64,000 nt of DNA from Lama guanicoe (taxonomy: Eukaryota). The stretch lies in NCBI GenBank assembly GCA_013239625.1, contig MU055549.1, positions 6,575,693 through 6,639,692 on the forward strand, in the 5' to 3' direction. The position numbers and the translations under genes are program-made. Below the pieces are notes generated by a model, which saw nothing but the letters and a program-made list of their open reading frames with translations, had not been told where the DNA came from and did no database searches. The stretch's first letter is position 1. Each line of letters opens with the position of its first letter. Below are positions 60,226-64,000 of this stretch, piece after piece.

Positions 60226-61912
60226 CATGGAGTGAGTTGCGACTGTGGGGCTTGGCTTCCAGGAGGCTCCTCAGCTGTCATTCAGCCCTTTGCTTGAGCT
60301 CTGTTTCCAGTTACCTGAGGGGCAGGACTGCTGGGATGGCCACAGGGCCGCCTCTTCCCCCACCGAGTCCCTGATCCGGAGGCCGGGTGCCTGCTTGAAC
60401 AGGCAGGAGCTGGACTCCTTCCAGGAACGCACATCTTTCCAGCACCCAGGTCTGAGCTGTAGAACCCAGGTTTCAGGAATGATCATACACAGGAAGCTAA
60501 TCTTTTAAATCTTTTTACGAAAGAGTCTGCATATTTCTGGAGTGGACAATACAAAATAACTAAGAAATGCCGGTGCTCTTTGAGCCACAGCGCCCTCTGC
60601 TGGTGCCCACCAGACCCCCTGCTGCTCTGGGAAGCGGTTCTCGGAGATGGTTCTTAGAACATCGTGCGTGCCTGAGCCCCTGCCCGGCCCCGGGGGCCTC
60701 TGGCCAGGATGCAGAGACTCAAGTTGTGCGTGGCTGGGCCACGTGGCAGAACACGTTTCCACGGCTCCTGACAGCAGCCACTCACTGCGAGTCCTTGGTC
60801 CCGAATATCAAGCACATCAGAGGAGGGTCTTTAGTCACTGCCGTTCTTCCTGCCCTGTCCCCGTCTGTTGTGCTTGCCCTCCGCAGTGTGTGGCTGTAGT
60901 CCCTGGTTCACTGTGTCCAAGTGGTGACACTGAAGAGGGATGACATGAGGGGTAATGACCCGCTGGTGATCCTGCAGCTGTTCCTCTGGATCAGAATGGC
61001 CTTAATAAACTTTTGCCTCCAAACTCAGGCAGTTGTCTTGGTCCTGCCCAATCAGGTCACAGTTCAGTAGGAGGGCGAGATGGTCCACCAGCAGGCGCCT
61101 GGTGTGGGCTTCCTTTGGGGAGGTGCCTCTTCCCTTAGTCCCTTCTCCCCCCACTGCACATCGGAGCAATGGTTTTAAATAAAGATTTATTCTGTGTACA
61201 TCCCAAATCAGCCCATTCAAGCATTACTCAAACCACCTTGTGTTCAAGCTGAAAATTGCTCTGGGATCAGTGGATTTTCACAAATGACGGCCACTTGGGA
61301 GTCGGGAAGGCCTTCATGTCCTGTTAGGTGACATCACTCTCTAACTTGCTGGAGGCCTGGCCACACTCCGTGCAGGCTCAGAGCCCCGCCTCTCAGCCAG
61401 ACCGCAGTGCTGTTTCCATCATTCTGCCCCTCACGAGCAAACCCAGTGGTGATTATGCGGGAGAACAGTCCCTGTTAGATGCTGAGAGCAATAGAGAGGC
61501 GCATCAATAGAGAGGCGAAGCCCAGGTTAGGGAGACAGCTGTATGAACAAAGCAGGGAATGGATCAGTACAAGTTGGGTGACACTGGTGATGTTTGGGAG
61601 CGGGGGCGGCGGGGACAGGCACGAGGACTTCACTGGCATGCTCTCTCTAGTTGTGTTTATGTTTGAAAATGTACGTAATAGGAACTTAAGGGGAAAAGAC
61701 GCTGGCAGCAAGCACAGGCAGACTCTGCAGTGGTCGGTCACCCGGGAAGCGTGTCCCCCCACCCCACGCTTCTGCCCCAGTAACCCGGGGAGAAGTGCTG
61801 GCCTTGGGTGTCACCAAGCTTTGGGCACCCGCTTCCTCCTGCAGCTGCCACCAGCTGGGCCCAGCTGCCAGTGGGGACGGCTAGCGCGGGCTCCAGTTCC
61901 CAGAAATAATGA

Positions 61913-62203
<291 letters not shown>

Positions 62204-62214
62204 TGAAAGCACAT

Positions 62215-62338
62215 GTTTTTGCTTGTATTGTTTGTTTGCTGAGGGGGAGGTAATTAGGTTTCTTCATTGATTTCCACTTGGAGGAGGTACCGGGGATTGA
62301 ACCCAGGACCTCTTGGGTGCTGAGCATGCGTTCTACCA
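62215..62338 (-). mobile_element. 5'-truncated tRNA-derived SINE (Vic-1-like) immediately after a CTBP2 splice donor
   Basis: gggggaggtaattaggttt...ggaggtaccggggattgaacccaggacctc...gcatgcgttctacca; lacks the A-box end. Confidence 0.8.
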
Positions 62339-62747
62339 AAAGCAGGTAAATTGAAATAGATGGGCTCAGACCCTGGAAACTTCTGTCAAAATGGAAGGGG
62401 GATGGGAAATGGGCCATGGACAGACACACCAGTGAGCAGGGAAGAAAGTCCCTGAGACATCAGTGAGGAGCTGGGTGAGGCCACCTCCTCGGGGTGGGCC
62501 ATGGTGAGCAGGGAGGGACAGGGAGCTGGCCCAGGACCCAGCAGGTCACAGCTCCAGCCTTGCCACCTCGTGGTCCCCTCTCGGGATCTCAGGAGCTGAC
62601 CCCTGGCCTCCAGCTGTCCTGAGACTCTGCCCTCCCTTCCCCACCCCGACCTGCTGCACATGCATTAAATAGCCAGACCCACCAGCCTCCACTGGCCCGC
62701 GGCTCCACCCCCACCCCACGCCTCCTGATGCAGCAGCATCGGTTTAA

Positions 62748-62909
<162 letters not shown>

Positions 62910-63268
62910 TGATGAGACGGCCAAGACGTGTGTAGTCGGAGCTCAAGACTTGCATGGGAACTTACAGGACCCACCTCTACACCTGACCCCTACTTTGAAC
63001 TTGGGCACCTTCCCAGACAAACAGGTCTTGGATATGAAACTGGAGGCAAAGTTTACAGCCTCCTTAAGGGTTGTGCTGTTTTCTAACTAACTGTAAAAGG
63101 GCTAGAAGTTCCCCAGAGATCATCGGAACAGGGAGAGGCAGGAAATGGTGGTGGAGCGGAGCAGGATTTGTCTGTGCCCTGGACTGTTTGTCCTGGTTGG
63201 AGGGCAGGTGGTCGGCCCCCCATAGAATTGTTCCTTCTTTCTGAGTCCCTGATTTCTCCTGACGCTAG

Positions 63269-63679
<411 letters not shown>

Positions 63680-64000
63680 TGAATGAGTCAGGCCCTGTTT
63701 ATTTCAGAGGAAACCAGTTCCCTTTTGTATTAGCCAATGGACGTTTTGCAAACTGTGGAAGGAAGATGAGCCTGGGGAGGGGAGAGGGGTGCTCCTTTCT
63801 GTCTGCCTGAAGGCCAGTGCTGCTCCGGCCTTTGAACTTTGAACAGTTCAAATTTTGTGGAAATTTAAGAGCCCACCTCTCCTATTAAGAGTAAGAGACT
63901 TGATTATGAGACCTGCATTGCAGCTTGTCCCCCCCCCCCGTGGCAGCTAAGTGTAAGATCTTAAGTCAATGGGACCTTAAAAAAATACATGTGATCAAGT

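Noticed and set aside
61489-61517. 13-bp direct repeat CAATAGAGAGGCG x2 (similarly CTCTGATTTTTG x2 at 707-740)
   Set aside because: Ordinary slippage-type micro-duplications with no functional signature.

Overview
Mammalian genomic DNA, GC-rich, with one 52-N gap. The species is most likely a camelid (alpaca, llama or camel), judged from tRNA-derived Vic-1-like SINEs. The window holds most of the CTBP2 gene on the + strand. This includes the short first coding exon of the nuclear co-repressor CtBP2-L (MALVDKHKVKRQRLDRICE, 21564-21621) and the large alternative first exon encoding the RIBEYE A-domain of ribbon synapses (33578-35249). Six shared exons of the NAD(H)-binding D-2-hydroxyacid-dehydrogenase-like B-domain follow (53710-63578); the last exons lie beyond the window. 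The rest is intron with LINE, SINE, LTR and DNA-transposon relics. Nearly all other ORFs in the track are GC-rich noise. No wholly new system is demonstrable. The best leads are: (i) further candidate phase-1 first exons that could splice into the same acceptor at 53710, forming a modular N-terminus array; (ii) CtBP-ligand-like motifs (RRTGAP, xxDLS) and a SAM-like domain inside RIBEYE-A; (iii) a SINE-associated 18-bp duplication that copied a splice donor; (iv) a 9-codon uORF; (v) motif clusters suggesting separate retinal (CRX/OTX2) and hair-cell-type (GATA/RFX/POU) control of RIBEYE.
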